Source of the DNA: Lysobacterales bacterium
GTDB taxonomy: Bacteria > Pseudomonadota > Gammaproteobacteria > Xanthomonadales > SZUA-5
Direction of reading: 5' to 3'
Assembly: GCA_022844165.1 (NCBI GenBank)
Contig: JALHMH010000009.1
Coordinates: forward strand, 1 to 64,000
DNA length: 64,000 nt
Each line of letters starts with the position of its first letter. Positions within the stretch are counted from its first letter, which is position 1. The position numbers and the translations under genes are program-made. Below are positions 19,635-31,568 of this stretch, piece by piece. Below the pieces are notes generated by a model that did not search any database, had not been told where the DNA came from, and saw nothing but the letters and a program-made list of their open reading frames with translations.

Positions 19635-21353
19635 TTATTCGGCAATCGCCACGTCTTGCCCTTTGTCCAGCGATTCGGCACGTGCAAGCAGCTCGACAAA
19701 TTCGGCTTCGAGCCCGTACGGATCGGCGCGCTCAACGCGTTTGGCCAGTGCAGCTATTTCGGCGTAGTCGAAGCCGTCTAGATATTTCCCACCGCGCAGA
19801 CGTTCGCCAAATGCCGCGACCGCAGCGGCAAAGCGTAGTTCTGCGGAGCCGGCACCGATCGATGCGGGCCGCGCAATCGGCGTTTCGATCAAACGACTCT
19901 GTTCGGCATCGGGTGCCTTATAGCGCAGCTTCAGAAATGCGATCTCGTTTCCGCCAGCGGGTTTGTCCTCGGCGCCGTAACGGAGCGGCGGCAAACGCGC
20001 CGCATCGGTGCCGACTGGCGTCAACTCGTACAGCGCGGTGACCGTGTGTCCGGCGCCGATCTCGCCCGCATCGACGGCATCGTTGTTGAAGTCCTCGCGC
20101 GCCAGCAAGCGGTTTTCGTAACCGATCAAGCGGTACTCGGCGATCACCGCCGGATTGAATTCGATCTGGATTTTGACGTCCTTGGCGATGGTCATCAGGT
20201 TCGCGCCCAGCTCACGCACGAGCACCTTACGCGCCTCGCGTTCGGTGTCGATGTAGGCATGATTGCCGTTGCCCAAATCGGCCAGCCGTTCAGCAATCAC
20301 ATCGTGATAATTGCCCTGACCGAAACCGAGCGTGGTCAGTGCGATGCCGCTCTTGCGTTGGCGCTCAATGAGATCTTCCAGATCCTGCTGATCCACCATG
20401 CCGACATTGAAATCACCATCGGTGGCGAGAATCACGCGATTGACGCCACCATCGACGAAGTGTTCGCGCGCCACTTGATAGGCCAGTTGAATGCCCTGCC
20501 CGCCGTTGGTCGAGCCGCCGGCCTCGAGTGAGTCGAGCGCTGCAAGAATGGTCTGTTTGTCGCTGGCCGCTGTCGATGGCAACACGAGGCCCGCTGCGCC
20601 GGCGTACACCACAATCGCGATCCGATCTTGCGACCGCATTTGCTCCACGACCATTCTCAGCGCCGTTTTCACCAACGGCAGTTTGTTGGCGTCCTGCATG
20701 GAACCAGAGACATCCAGCAGAAACACCAGATTGCTCGCCGGCAGCTGCTCGAACGGCACTTCGAAACCTTTGAGACCCACTTTGAGAAGCCAGCGCTGTT
20801 CATTCCAAGGCGCTGTTGCGACCTCTGTCGCGACACTGAACGGCTGTCCGCGCGGCGGAAGTGCATAGGCGTAGTCGAAGTAGTTGATGAACTCCTCGAT
20901 GCGCACCGCGTCGGTGGGCGGCAGTGCGCCCTGGTTCAAGAAGCGTCGCACATTGCTGTAAGAACCCGTATCCACATCGACCGAAAACGTCGATACCGGC
21001 TGCTCGCGTGCCGCGGTCACGGGATTGGGCGCGACGTCGGCATATTGCTCGGTGTCGGTGTGCTGAGAAATCCCGGCGCGGTCCAGCGACTGCGCAGCAG
21101 CGATGCTGCCCGTGGCCATTTCCATGGGTGGCGCTGGCGGCGCCGCCGGCGCGAGCGTTGCCGGCGACTGCGCATCACGGCCGATTTGATCATGCATCGG
21201 CTGCGCTAGTTTTCGTGGTGTTTGCGTTTGTGCCCTGGCACGTTCTTCGCTCAAGGCCTCACTGGCGACAGGCGCGCTTTGTCGCGCGCAGGCGCCCAAA
21301 GCAAGCACGGCTGCGATCGCGACAACCAGCGGTAACGGACGAATGACTTGCAT
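19635..21353 (-). CDS. VWA-domain lipoprotein, YfbK-like (vWF_A + VWA + DUF3520)
   Basis: LGAC lipobox. STFSVDVDTGSY, MIDAS DVSGS, ATDGDFNVG and YRLIGYENR motifs. Confidence 0.9.
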   Translation of the reverse strand: MQVIRPLPLVVAIAAVLALGACARQSAPVASEALSEERARAQTQTPRKLAQPMHDQIGRDAQSPATLAPAAPPAPPMEMATGSIAAAQSLDRAGISQHTDTEQYADVAPNPVTAAREQPVSTFSVDVDTGSYSNVRRFLNQGALPPTDAVRIEEFINYFDYAYALPPRGQPFSVATEVATAPWNEQRWLLKVGLKGFEVPFEQLPASNLVFLLDVSGSMQDANKLPLVKTALRMVVEQMRSQDRIAIVVYAGAAGLVLPSTAASDKQTILAALDSLEAGGSTNGGQGIQLAYQVAREHFVDGGVNRVILATDGDFNVGMVDQQDLEDLIERQRKSGIALTTLGFGQGNYHDVIAERLADLGNGNHAYIDTEREARKVLVRELGANLMTIAKDVKIQIEFNPAVIAEYRLIGYENRLLAREDFNNDAVDAGEIGAGHTVTALYELTPVGTDAARLPPLRYGAEDKPAGGNEIAFLKLRYKAPDAEQSRLIETPIARPASIGAGSAELRFAAAVAAFGERLRGGKYLDGFDYAEIAALAKRVERADPYGLEAEFVELLARAESLDKGQDVAIAE

Positions 21354-21476
21354 ACCTCACCCCTCTCTCAATTCAGCCAGTCGGGATGACCGGCGTGCCT
21401 TGCAACAAACGGCGCGCCGCAGCGAATGGGGTTTGACGCTGGCCCTATTTTTGCGCCTTTGCGTATGGCATGAATA

Positions 21477-21759
21477 TCACCCGGGAGTACGCGGAATGCA
21501 CAAACTCAAAACTCGGCGACTCAGTGCCCTGGCTTTCGCGCCAGTGCTGCCAGCCATCGCCTGTGTTCGATCAAGTGATATACGACAGGAGCGCAGCATC
21601 ACGATATGCCGCCGTCCGGTAAGCATCCAATAACACACGAAACGGACGCTCCAGGTAGGACGCATCAACACGCAGCCCGGAACCTGCATAGACTTCTCTG
21701 ATCTCCTGGGCTGCGGGATCAAGGCGCTTCAGAAGGTCCGCGAATTCAAGACTTTTCAA
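21477..21759 (-). pseudogene. Degraded AT-richer ORF remnant next to the tRNA 3' end
   Basis: Short broken ORFs with atypical composition immediately downstream of tRNA-Arg. No recognisable family. Confidence 0.3.
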
Positions 21760-21851
21760 CGCGTCAAAAATCTCTTTCGCTCTCTCGGCCTGGACTAATC
21801 TGGCGCGGCCATAACCTATCCCTGAAGATCAGTCACTTAGACACGGAAGCT

Positions 21852-21928
21852 TGGCGCGCCCGGAGGGATTCGAACCCCCGGCCCCTTCCTTCGGAGGGAA
21901 GTACTCTATCCAGCTGAGCTACGGGCGC
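21852..21928 (-). tRNA. tRNA-Arg (CCG)
   Basis: GCGCCCGTAGCTCAGCTGGATAGAG...CTTCC-CT-CCG-AA-GGAAG...GGTTCGAATCC...GGGCGCGCCA, with encoded CCA. Confidence 0.97.
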
Positions 21929-21948
21929 TTGTGCAGCACGCAGCATAG

Positions 21949-23379
<1,431 letters not shown>

Positions 23380-23471
23380 AACCCGCGGGCGCACGCACAA
23401 CGAAGAATGTCATCACAGCATCGCGTCTGCGCTGCTATCGTCGCGCTCTCTCGATCCGGCCAAAACGAACC

Positions 23472-23981
23472 ATGTTTGCGCTGCAATCTTCTGCCTACGA
23501 CAGCAAAACAGCCCAATACGAAGACCTCGTCCAACAAGCCACGCATCTGCTGGCCGGCGAATCCGACCGTATCGCCAACGCCGCCAATTTCAGCGCACTG
23601 ATTTATCACTCGCTGACGGATGTCAATTGGGCGGGCTTTTATTTCTATGATGGCAATGAACTGGTGGTTGGGCCATTTCAAGGCAAACCCGCCTGCGTGC
23701 GCATCGCGCTCAATCGTGGCGTGTGTGGAGCGGCAGCGCGCACCCGGCAGGTCCAACGTGTCGCCGATGTGCACGCTTTCCCTGGCCATATCGCCTGCGA
23801 TGCCGCGTCGCGCTCCGAGATCGTGGTACCGTTGGTGCTGGGCGACGAGCTGTTGGGTGTGCTCGACATCGACAGCCCATCGCCGAACCGATTCGATGCG
23901 GACGACGAAGCGGGTCTGATCCGCCTCGCCGAAGTTTTCCTCGATGCTTGCCGCGCAGGAGCCAACCATGGCCGCCAGTGA
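23472..23981 (+). CDS. msrC: GAF-domain free methionine-(R)-sulfoxide reductase
   Basis: NWAGFY, GPFQGKPAC, GVCGAA and FPGHIACD motifs. Confidence 0.9.
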   Translation: MFALQSSAYDSKTAQYEDLVQQATHLLAGESDRIANAANFSALIYHSLTDVNWAGFYFYDGNELVVGPFQGKPACVRIALNRGVCGAAARTRQVQRVADVHAFPGHIACDAASRSEIVVPLVLGDELLGVLDIDSPSPNRFDADDEAGLIRLAEVFLDACRAGANHGRQ

Positions 23982-24354
23982 AAAAATCCGCAATGTCGGA
24001 CCCAAGAGCGCCGCATGGCTGCGTCAAGTCGGCATCCGCACCGAAGCGGACCTGCGCGCCATTGGGGCGGTGGCGGCCTACCGTAAGGTGAAGGTTGCCG
24101 GCTTCAAGCCGACGTTGAACCTGCTGTATTCGATGGCGGGCGCCGAGGACGACTGTCATTGGACCCAACTGAGCGACGACCGCAAGGCGAGCCTGCTCGC
24201 CGCAGCAGAGGCGATCGATCAGGAAATGGCCGCGCGCAAGACCGCCAAGCGCATGGGCCAAACCAATGTTGGCCAGTCGATCGTCGACAAAGCGCTGAAC
24301 TTTGTTGAGCCTGTCGATTCCAGCGCTCCAGTTGGCGGGGGCGACGACGACTGA
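23968..24354 (+). CDS. TfoX/Sxy C-terminal domain protein
   Basis: IRNVGPKSAAWLRQVGI...LNLLYSMAGA...HW. Confidence 0.85.
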   Translation: MAASEKIRNVGPKSAAWLRQVGIRTEADLRAIGAVAAYRKVKVAGFKPTLNLLYSMAGAEDDCHWTQLSDDRKASLLAAAEAIDQEMAARKTAKRMGQTNVGQSIVDKALNFVEPVDSSAPVGGGDDD

Positions 24355-24384
24355 ACGCTGCAATCGCCCTCCCCTGCCGGCGTC

Positions 24385-25569
24385 ATGCCCGATCATAGAT
24401 TCGACACCATCGTCCTTGGCGGTGGCGCCGCGGGTTTGATGTGCGCATCCACGGCCGGGCAACGTGGCCGGCGCGTATTGCTCATCGAACACGCGAACCG
24501 TGTCGGAAAGAAGATTCTGATGTCGGGTGGCGGTCGCTGCAATTTCACCAACACGCGAACGGCGCCGGGCAATTTCCTATCGGCCAATCCACATTTCTGC
24601 AAGTCCGCTTTGGCGCGATACGCGCCAGAGGACTTTATCGAACTGGTTGAAGCCCACCGCATCGCTTATCACGAGAAAGAACTCGGCCAGTTGTTTTGCG
24701 ACGACTCATCGAAACAAATCGTGCAGCTGTTGTTGGACGAGTGCACGCGCGGCAACGTGCGCGTCGAGACGCAGTGCAAGGTCACGCGCATTGACCAAAC
24801 CGGGGCAGGATTTGTTGTCGATTGCACGTTGGGACCAGTCAGCGCGCCCACATTGGTCGTGGCAACCGGCGGCCTTTCGATTCCGAGCATGGGCGCGACG
24901 GGTTTTGGCTACGATTTAGCCCGCCAGTTTGGACACCGCGTATTACCCACGCGCGCAGGTTTGGTGCCACTGACGCTGACCGGATCGTTTCAGGAGCACT
25001 ATGCGCCGCTCAGCGGCGTGTCGTTGCCCGTCATGGCCAAAGCTGGCCGCACGCGCTTCGACAACGCAATGCTGATCACGCACCGCGGATTGAGCGGCCC
25101 GGCAATTCTGCAGATTTCCTCGTACTGGCAACCGGGCGAGCCGCTGCAAATTGATTTGCTCCCGCAGGTCGATGCCCTTGAATTTCTGCTGCTCGGCCAG
25201 CGGGAACGGCCCGCCGCGGAGCTGCGCAGTTGGTTGGCCGAGCGCCTGCCGAAGCGATTCGCACAGCGCTTTTGCGAACTCTATGCCGACGAGCGACCGC
25301 TACGCCAATACACTCGGCCGCAGTTGACTCTCGTTGCCGCAAAGCTCAAGGAGTGGCCCGTCCAGCCAAGTGGTACCGAAGGTTATCGGACGGCCGAAGT
25401 CACGCTCGGCGGCGTGGATACAACGGAGGTTTCGTCGTCGACGATGGAGTCGCGGCGGGTACCGGGTCTGTATTTTGTGGGCGAAGTACTCGACGTCACC
25501 GGCCACCTCGGTGGCTACAATTTTCAGTGGGCGTGGGCATCGGGGCGCGCAGCAGGTTTGACGATTTGA
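24385..25569 (+). CDS. HI0933/YhiN/BaiN-family flavoprotein
   Basis: GGGAAG, GKKILMSGGGRCNFTN, THRGLSGP and GGYNFQWAWASG motifs. Confidence 0.93.
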   Translation: MPDHRFDTIVLGGGAAGLMCASTAGQRGRRVLLIEHANRVGKKILMSGGGRCNFTNTRTAPGNFLSANPHFCKSALARYAPEDFIELVEAHRIAYHEKELGQLFCDDSSKQIVQLLLDECTRGNVRVETQCKVTRIDQTGAGFVVDCTLGPVSAPTLVVATGGLSIPSMGATGFGYDLARQFGHRVLPTRAGLVPLTLTGSFQEHYAPLSGVSLPVMAKAGRTRFDNAMLITHRGLSGPAILQISSYWQPGEPLQIDLLPQVDALEFLLLGQRERPAAELRSWLAERLPKRFAQRFCELYADERPLRQYTRPQLTLVAAKLKEWPVQPSGTEGYRTAEVTLGGVDTTEVSSSTMESRRVPGLYFVGEVLDVTGHLGGYNFQWAWASGRAAGLTI

Positions 25570-25632
25570 CAGGCGCTTGCAAGCTCGGCGCGCCTCGTCG
25601 AGCATCCGCGACCGCAACAAAGGGCTTCGAAC

Positions 25633-27231
25633 ATGCTGCGCCTGACCGAGCTGAAATTGCCACTCGACCATCCGCCCGAAGCGCTTGAGGCCGCTATTCG
25701 CGATCGCCTTGGCGCGGTGGCGCGTTCAATGACCGGTTTCACGGTGTACAAACGCAGCTACGACGCGCGGCGGCGCACGGCGATCAGCTTGATCTATACC
25801 GTCGACGTGGAGCTGCCAGAGGCGGCGAGCGAGCAGGCGTTGCTCAACAACCTGCTGCACGTCGCACCGAGCCCGGACATGGAATACAAGTTTGTCGCTC
25901 GCGCGCCAGCCAGGCTCAAAACGCGACCCGTGATCATCGGCTTTGGCCCATGTGGTTTGTTCGCGGCGCTGATCCTGGCACAGATGGGTTTTGCGCCGAT
26001 CGTGCTCGAACGCGGCAAGGCCGTGCGCGAGCGAACGCGCGACACCTTCGGCTTGTGGCGCACCAGCAAACTGGACACCGAATCCAATGTGCAATTCGGC
26101 GAAGGCGGAGCCGGGACCTTCTCCGACGGCAAACTCTATAGCCAGATCAAAGACCCACTGCACTATGGTCGCAAGGTCATGCACGAGTTTGTGTTGGCGG
26201 GCGCACCAGAAGAAATCCTCTACGTCAGCAAACCGCATATCGGGACATTCCGGCTCGTCAGCATGGTCGAAAAAATGCGCGCGACGATCGAATCGCTGGG
26301 CGGCGACATTCGCTTCCAATCGCGCGTCGTCGATGTGCTGATCGACGCCGGCAAAGTGCGCGGATTGCGGCTGGCAGACGGCGAAGAATTGGCGTGCGAA
26401 CACGTGGTTCTCGCGGTGGGCCACAGCGCACGCGACACCTTCCAGATGCTCTACGATCGCGGCGTGCACATCGAAGCCAAACCGTTTTCGATCGGCTTTC
26501 GCATTGAACATCCGCAATCGCTGATCGATCGCGACCGCTTCGGCAAATTCGCTGGCCATCCGCTACTGGGCGCTGCCGATTACAAGTTGGTCCATCACTG
26601 CCGCAATCAGCGCTCGGTCTACAGTTTCTGCATGTGCCCCGGAGGCACCGTTGTGGCCGCGACGTCGGAGGCCGGGCAGGTGGTCACCAACGGTATGAGC
26701 CAATATTCGCGTAACGAGCGCAACGCAAATGCCGGCATCGTCGTCGGGGTAACACCGGGCGACTATCCGGGCAATGCGCTGGCTGGCATCGAGTTCCAAC
26801 GTCATTGGGAACGCCAGGCATTTGTTCTGGGCGGCAGCGACTATCGCGCGCCCGGTCAGAGCGTCGGCGATTTTCTGGCGCGGCGCAAAAGCACTGCGTT
26901 CGGCAGCGTGCAGCCGTCTTACACGCCGGGCGTGGTGCCGACCGACCTCAGCACGGCGTTGCCCGACTATGCCGTCGCCGCTCTGCGCGAAGCGTTGCCG
27001 GCGTTCGAACGCCAGTTGAAGGGTTTTGCGATGGACGATGCGCTGTTGACCGGCGTCGAAACGCGCACCTCCTCGCCGATTCGCATCGTGCGTGGTCGCG
27101 ACTACCAAAGCATCAATACGCGTGGCTTGTATCCAGCCGGTGAGGGCGCCGCGTATGCCGGCGGAATCTACTCGGCAGCGATCGACGGTATCGAAGTCGC
27201 TCAAGCGGTGGCTCTGGCCATGACCGCCTGA
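25633..27231 (+). CDS. FAD-dependent oxidoreductase (uncharacterised, COG2509-like)
   Basis: GFGPCGLFAA, QFGEGGAGTFSDGKL, YSFCMCPGG and ETRTSSP motifs. Confidence 0.9.
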   Translation: MLRLTELKLPLDHPPEALEAAIRDRLGAVARSMTGFTVYKRSYDARRRTAISLIYTVDVELPEAASEQALLNNLLHVAPSPDMEYKFVARAPARLKTRPVIIGFGPCGLFAALILAQMGFAPIVLERGKAVRERTRDTFGLWRTSKLDTESNVQFGEGGAGTFSDGKLYSQIKDPLHYGRKVMHEFVLAGAPEEILYVSKPHIGTFRLVSMVEKMRATIESLGGDIRFQSRVVDVLIDAGKVRGLRLADGEELACEHVVLAVGHSARDTFQMLYDRGVHIEAKPFSIGFRIEHPQSLIDRDRFGKFAGHPLLGAADYKLVHHCRNQRSVYSFCMCPGGTVVAATSEAGQVVTNGMSQYSRNERNANAGIVVGVTPGDYPGNALAGIEFQRHWERQAFVLGGSDYRAPGQSVGDFLARRKSTAFGSVQPSYTPGVVPTDLSTALPDYAVAALREALPAFERQLKGFAMDDALLTGVETRTSSPIRIVRGRDYQSINTRGLYPAGEGAAYAGGIYSAAIDGIEVAQAVALAMTA

Positions 27232-27369
27232 AGCTGAATTTCGCGACTGCGCTCACCTCAGGCGAAAGAGGGGGCGATACCCGCACGGTGTACGATCGAA
27301 CTCGCTCGAGTTTGGACGATTTCGCCACGACCGTATGAAAACTCCGGGCAATCCCTGTATTCAGTGCGC

Positions 27370-28731
27370 ATGACTATCTTCGCCACACTTTCGCCTGCGC
27401 TGCAACAAGCGGTTGCCAGCGCCGGGTACGCTGAACCGACACCGGTGCAGCAACAGTCGCTGCCAGATATCCTGGCCGGACACGATCTGATTGCGCTGGC
27501 GCCCACTGGCAGCGGCAAGACAGCCGCATTCGGGCTTGGCTTGCTGCAGCGTTTGCAGATCGAACGCATCGCCACACAGGCGCTGGTGCTGTGCCCGACG
27601 CGGGAGTTGGCTGATCAAGTTGCGAAAGCCCTGCGCAAGCTGGCCGCACAGATGGCCAACGTTAAAATCTCCGTTTACACGGGTGGCGTTGCGATCGGAC
27701 CGCAACAAGCGTCACTGGCGCATCCTGCGCATATCGTCGTCGGCACGCCGGGGCGACTGCAGGAGCTGATCGATCTTGGCGCCTTGAAACTTGATGCGGT
27801 TGGCATGCTGGTGCTGGACGAAGCCGACCGCATGCTCGACATGGGCTTTGGTGAGGCCATCCTGGCGGTGATCGCGCGACTGCCGAAGAACCGCCAGAGC
27901 CTGATGTTTTCGGCAACCTGGCCCGATGAGGTCGGTGCCGTTGCGGCCTCGTGCCTGCGCGATCCGCGCCGCATCGACTGCCGCAACGAACAATCCAAGC
28001 CGCAAATTGAGCACTACTTCATCGAGGCGACAGAGGCGCAAAAGCTCAGCGCATTGGCGGCCTGGTTATGCGAGCGTGCTTCGTCAAGCGCGGTCGTGTT
28101 CTGCAACACGCGCAAGCGCGTCGATGAAGTTGCTGGCGAACTGCAATCGCTCGGATTCGCTGCCGCCGCGCTGCACGGCGATATGGAGCAGCGCGATCGC
28201 GATGAGACTTTGGTGTGTTTTGGCCAGCGCAGTTTGAGCGTGTTGGTCGCCAGCGACGTCGCCGCGCGTGGCCTGGACGTCAAAGAGCTGCCGTGCGTGA
28301 TCAATTTCGATGTACCAGGCGATGCGGACAGCTATCTGCATCGTGTGGGTCGAACAGCGCGCGCAGGCGAAACGGGGCTCGCGTTGTCGCTGGTAGCGCC
28401 GAGCGATGCCCAGCGCACACTGGGCATTATCGAGCGGCACCAGATCAAACCGCGTTGGTTGAAAGCCGGCCGACCGACCCAGCCAATTCCACGAGCGGCG
28501 ATGCGCAGCCTGCGTATCGACGCCGGCCGAACAGAGAAACTGCGCCCGGGAGATATTCTGGGCGCACTCACCGGCGAGGCTGGCCTGCCCGCGACGGCGA
28601 TCGGCAAAATCGATGTTTTTGCAACACGCTGCTATGTCGCCATCGGCGAGCGAGAAGCGGATCGAGCCTTTAAGGCAATGCAGGCGGGCAAGATCAAAGG
28701 CAAGAAGCGGCGCGTTGCTTGGGTGCGCTGA
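27370..28731 (+). CDS. dbpA: ATP-dependent RNA helicase DbpA
   Basis: APTGSGKT, DEAD, SAT and HRVGRTAR motifs, plus C-terminal KLRPGDILGALT DbpA RNA-binding domain. Confidence 0.92.
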   Translation: MTIFATLSPALQQAVASAGYAEPTPVQQQSLPDILAGHDLIALAPTGSGKTAAFGLGLLQRLQIERIATQALVLCPTRELADQVAKALRKLAAQMANVKISVYTGGVAIGPQQASLAHPAHIVVGTPGRLQELIDLGALKLDAVGMLVLDEADRMLDMGFGEAILAVIARLPKNRQSLMFSATWPDEVGAVAASCLRDPRRIDCRNEQSKPQIEHYFIEATEAQKLSALAAWLCERASSSAVVFCNTRKRVDEVAGELQSLGFAAAALHGDMEQRDRDETLVCFGQRSLSVLVASDVAARGLDVKELPCVINFDVPGDADSYLHRVGRTARAGETGLALSLVAPSDAQRTLGIIERHQIKPRWLKAGRPTQPIPRAAMRSLRIDAGRTEKLRPGDILGALTGEAGLPATAIGKIDVFATRCYVAIGEREADRAFKAMQAGKIKGKKRRVAWVR

Positions 28732-28760
28732 CACGTGTGCGCCGATCGACCCAATCGCCG

Positions 28761-30890
28761 CTACGCTTTCGCGTACTGCACCGCCGAGCCGACCCAGCGT
28801 TTGACCAACATCTCAGCCACCGCTGGTTCCGCCGCTAACAGCGGCCCTGCCAGCCGTTGCGCTTCCATCAGCCAATGTGCGTCGCGCGCCAGGTCCGCCA
28901 CGCGAAAGCTGGCAAGGCCTGTTTGCCGCGTGCCGAGCACCTCGCCAGGACCACGCAGAGCAAGATCGCGCTCGGCGATCACGAATCCATCCTGACTGTC
29001 GCGCAAAACGCCAAGGCGCTCCCGCGCGTTCTCACTCAGCGGCGGCTCGTAAAGCAGCACACAGCTCGACTCGATGGCCCCGCGCCCGACACGTCCACGC
29101 AACTGGTGCAATTGTGCTAAACCCAGACGCTCCGGGTTCTCGATGATCATCAGACTGGCATTCGGAACATCCACACCCACTTCGATCACCGTGGTAGCCA
29201 CCAGCAACTGAATATCGCCACTGGAGAACGCCTGCATGACCGGCGTCCTTTCCGAGGATTTCATACGGCCATGCACCAGGCCGATACGCACATCGCCGAG
29301 CGCCGCAATCAACTCGGTGGCGGTACTTTCTGCAGCCTGTGCCTGCACTTCATCCGAATCTTCAATCAGCGTGCATACCCAGTACGCCTGCCGCCCGGCG
29401 GCGCAGGCGTCGGCGATGCGTCGCACAACGTCGGCTCGCCGTTGCCGGCTGACAGCGACCGTCTGGACGGGCGAGCGCCCAGGCGGTAGCTCATCGATCA
29501 CCGACACATCCAGATCGGCGAACTGCGTCATCGCCAGGGTGCGCGGGATGGGCGTTGCAGTCATCACCAATTGGTGTGGTCGATACGTGCCAAAACGGCC
29601 CTTGTGCGCGAGCGCCAGTCGTTGGTCGACACCGAATCGATGTTGCTCATCGATCACTACCAGGCCGAGCGCACGGAAGGCCACGGCATCCTGCATCAGC
29701 GCATGCGTCCCGACGATCCACTGCGCATCGCTGCTCAGCGCCGCGAGCGTCGAGGTCCGCGCGCGCCCCTTGACGCGGGCACTCAGATGAACGCCGAATA
29801 ATCCGAGCGGTGCGAACCAGCGTTCCAGATTGCGCCGGTGCTGCTCGGCAAGCAATTCCGTTGGTGCCATGAGCGCCGCCTGCACACCGGACTCGATCGC
29901 AGCCAACATCGCCAACGCTGCTACGATCGTCTTGCCGGAACCGACGTCCCCCTGAATCAGTCGCAGCATTGGAGCGCTGCTCGCGAGATCTCGGTCGATT
30001 TCGGTGAGCACCCGTTGCTGAGCTTGCGTGAGCGAAAAGCCCACACTGGCGAGGAGCCTTTCGCGAAGACGACCTGTGGCACGCAAGACAGGTGCTCGCT
30101 CGCTGCGCACGCGTTGACGAACCAACCGGAACGACAAGTGATGCGCAAGCAGTTCTTCGAGCGCCAGCCGATCGCGAGCAGGATGGTGGCCGTTCTTGAT
30201 GGCATCGGCTTCGCTGCGGTTGGACGGTCGGTGCAACGCTCGGATGCTGGTCGACAGATCCGGCCAGTGTTGTCCGGGCGGAACCCAGCCATCGCTTTGC
30301 GGCAGCATCATCAATGCGGCGTCGATTGCGCGCATTAATCGCGCCGGTCCCAGACCCTGGATGGTTGGATAGATGGGCGTGAGCGCCGCGGCGACGTCGA
30401 CGACTTCATGTTCGCCGATCAGCTTGTAGCGTGGGTGCACGATCTCAAGAGAATTCGGTCCGGCTTTGACATCGCCAAACACGAGAATGCGCTGGCCAAC
30501 TTTGAATCCATCGGCTTGTGCCTGCTTGAAGTAGAAGAACCGCAGCATCAGGCGCTGCGCACCGTCACCAACAAGCACACACAAGCTGCGCCGCTTACCG
30601 AAGCGGATTTCCGCGTGTTCCACTTGAGCGATGAACTGCGCGCTGGCGCCAGGCCGCAGCGCGCCGAGCGGCAGGATTTGTGTGCGGTCTTCAAAGCGCA
30701 GCGGGAAAGTGAACCAGAGTTCGCCCACCGTTTCGAACCCAGCCGCGTGCAGATCGTCCAAAAGCGCCTTGCCGAGCGTCTTGAGGCTGCGCAAAGGCGC
30801 AGCGCCGGCAACGGCGAAGTGGTCTTGTGGGTCGCTCAACGCGCTGCTGTTTTCTGTTCCCCGAGGATTGCCGACCATCGCTGAAATCAC
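28761..30890 (-). CDS. recG: ATP-dependent DNA helicase RecG
   Basis: QGDVGSGKT, DEQH, MTATPIPRT and QLRGRVGRG motifs. The true start is probably ~30839. Confidence 0.95.
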   Translation of the reverse strand: MISAMVGNPRGTENSSALSDPQDHFAVAGAAPLRSLKTLGKALLDDLHAAGFETVGELWFTFPLRFEDRTQILPLGALRPGASAQFIAQVEHAEIRFGKRRSLCVLVGDGAQRLMLRFFYFKQAQADGFKVGQRILVFGDVKAGPNSLEIVHPRYKLIGEHEVVDVAAALTPIYPTIQGLGPARLMRAIDAALMMLPQSDGWVPPGQHWPDLSTSIRALHRPSNRSEADAIKNGHHPARDRLALEELLAHHLSFRLVRQRVRSERAPVLRATGRLRERLLASVGFSLTQAQQRVLTEIDRDLASSAPMLRLIQGDVGSGKTIVAALAMLAAIESGVQAALMAPTELLAEQHRRNLERWFAPLGLFGVHLSARVKGRARTSTLAALSSDAQWIVGTHALMQDAVAFRALGLVVIDEQHRFGVDQRLALAHKGRFGTYRPHQLVMTATPIPRTLAMTQFADLDVSVIDELPPGRSPVQTVAVSRQRRADVVRRIADACAAGRQAYWVCTLIEDSDEVQAQAAESTATELIAALGDVRIGLVHGRMKSSERTPVMQAFSSGDIQLLVATTVIEVGVDVPNASLMIIENPERLGLAQLHQLRGRVGRGAIESSCVLLYEPPLSENARERLGVLRDSQDGFVIAERDLALRGPGEVLGTRQTGLASFRVADLARDAHWLMEAQRLAGPLLAAEPAVAEMLVKRWVGSAVQYAKA

Positions 30891-31032
30891 TCTGAGGTTC
30901 CTTCACGACGCAATCCAGTCTGCGTGCGGCAATACGTCGATGCAGGGTGCGCGACACCAGCCGGGACTGCTGCCAATCGATCGCAGCGAGCAACAGCTGA
31001 CGGCGTCGCCGCATGGCAGCACACCCTCGCCG

Positions 31033-31413
31033 TTACAACTCCATCACCCCGTCCATTTCCACCCTCGCCCCGCGCGGCAATTCGCGCACGCCGACCGCGG
31101 CGCGAGCGGGGTATGGCGCTTTGAAGTACTGCGCCATGATTTGATTGACGGTTGGGAAATGGCTCAGTTCCGTGAGGTACACATTGAGTTTGGCGATGTG
31201 TTCCAAGCCACCGCCAGCCGCCTGACAGACCGCTTTGAGATTGCCAAAAACGCGATGGATTTCGCTTTCAATCGACCCGTTGTCGAGTTTCCCTGAGACC
31301 GGATCAAGCGGAATCTGGCCGCTCAAGTACACAGTGCTGCCGACCTTGACCGCTTGCGAGTAGGTTCCGATCGCAGCGGGGGCATGTTCGGTCTGGATGA
31401 TTTCTCGGGCCAT
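31033..31413 (-). CDS. ridA: RidA/YjgF family enamine deaminase
   Basis: APAAIGTYSQA, SGQIPLDP and PYPARAAVGV motifs. Confidence 0.92.
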   Translation of the reverse strand: MAREIIQTEHAPAAIGTYSQAVKVGSTVYLSGQIPLDPVSGKLDNGSIESEIHRVFGNLKAVCQAAGGGLEHIAKLNVYLTELSHFPTVNQIMAQYFKAPYPARAAVGVRELPRGARVEMDGVMEL

Positions 31414-31568
31414 TGTGCGCCATCCTGTCTGGGGTTGCTGCGGATTCTGCACACGGACAGCGATTTTGTGCAAAAAACCGACCGAACACTCATGTTCGGC
31501 GTGCTTTAATCCGCCGCCTCTCGGTACCGTCCTGACCGAGCATCCGTATTCGCTATGATGTTGGGTCA

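Noticed and set aside
1-21928. Single genomic island integrated at tRNA-Arg spanning the left part of the window
   Set aside because: No duplicate of the tRNA 3' end and no integrase found, and housekeeping rlmKL and the phasin cluster lie inside.
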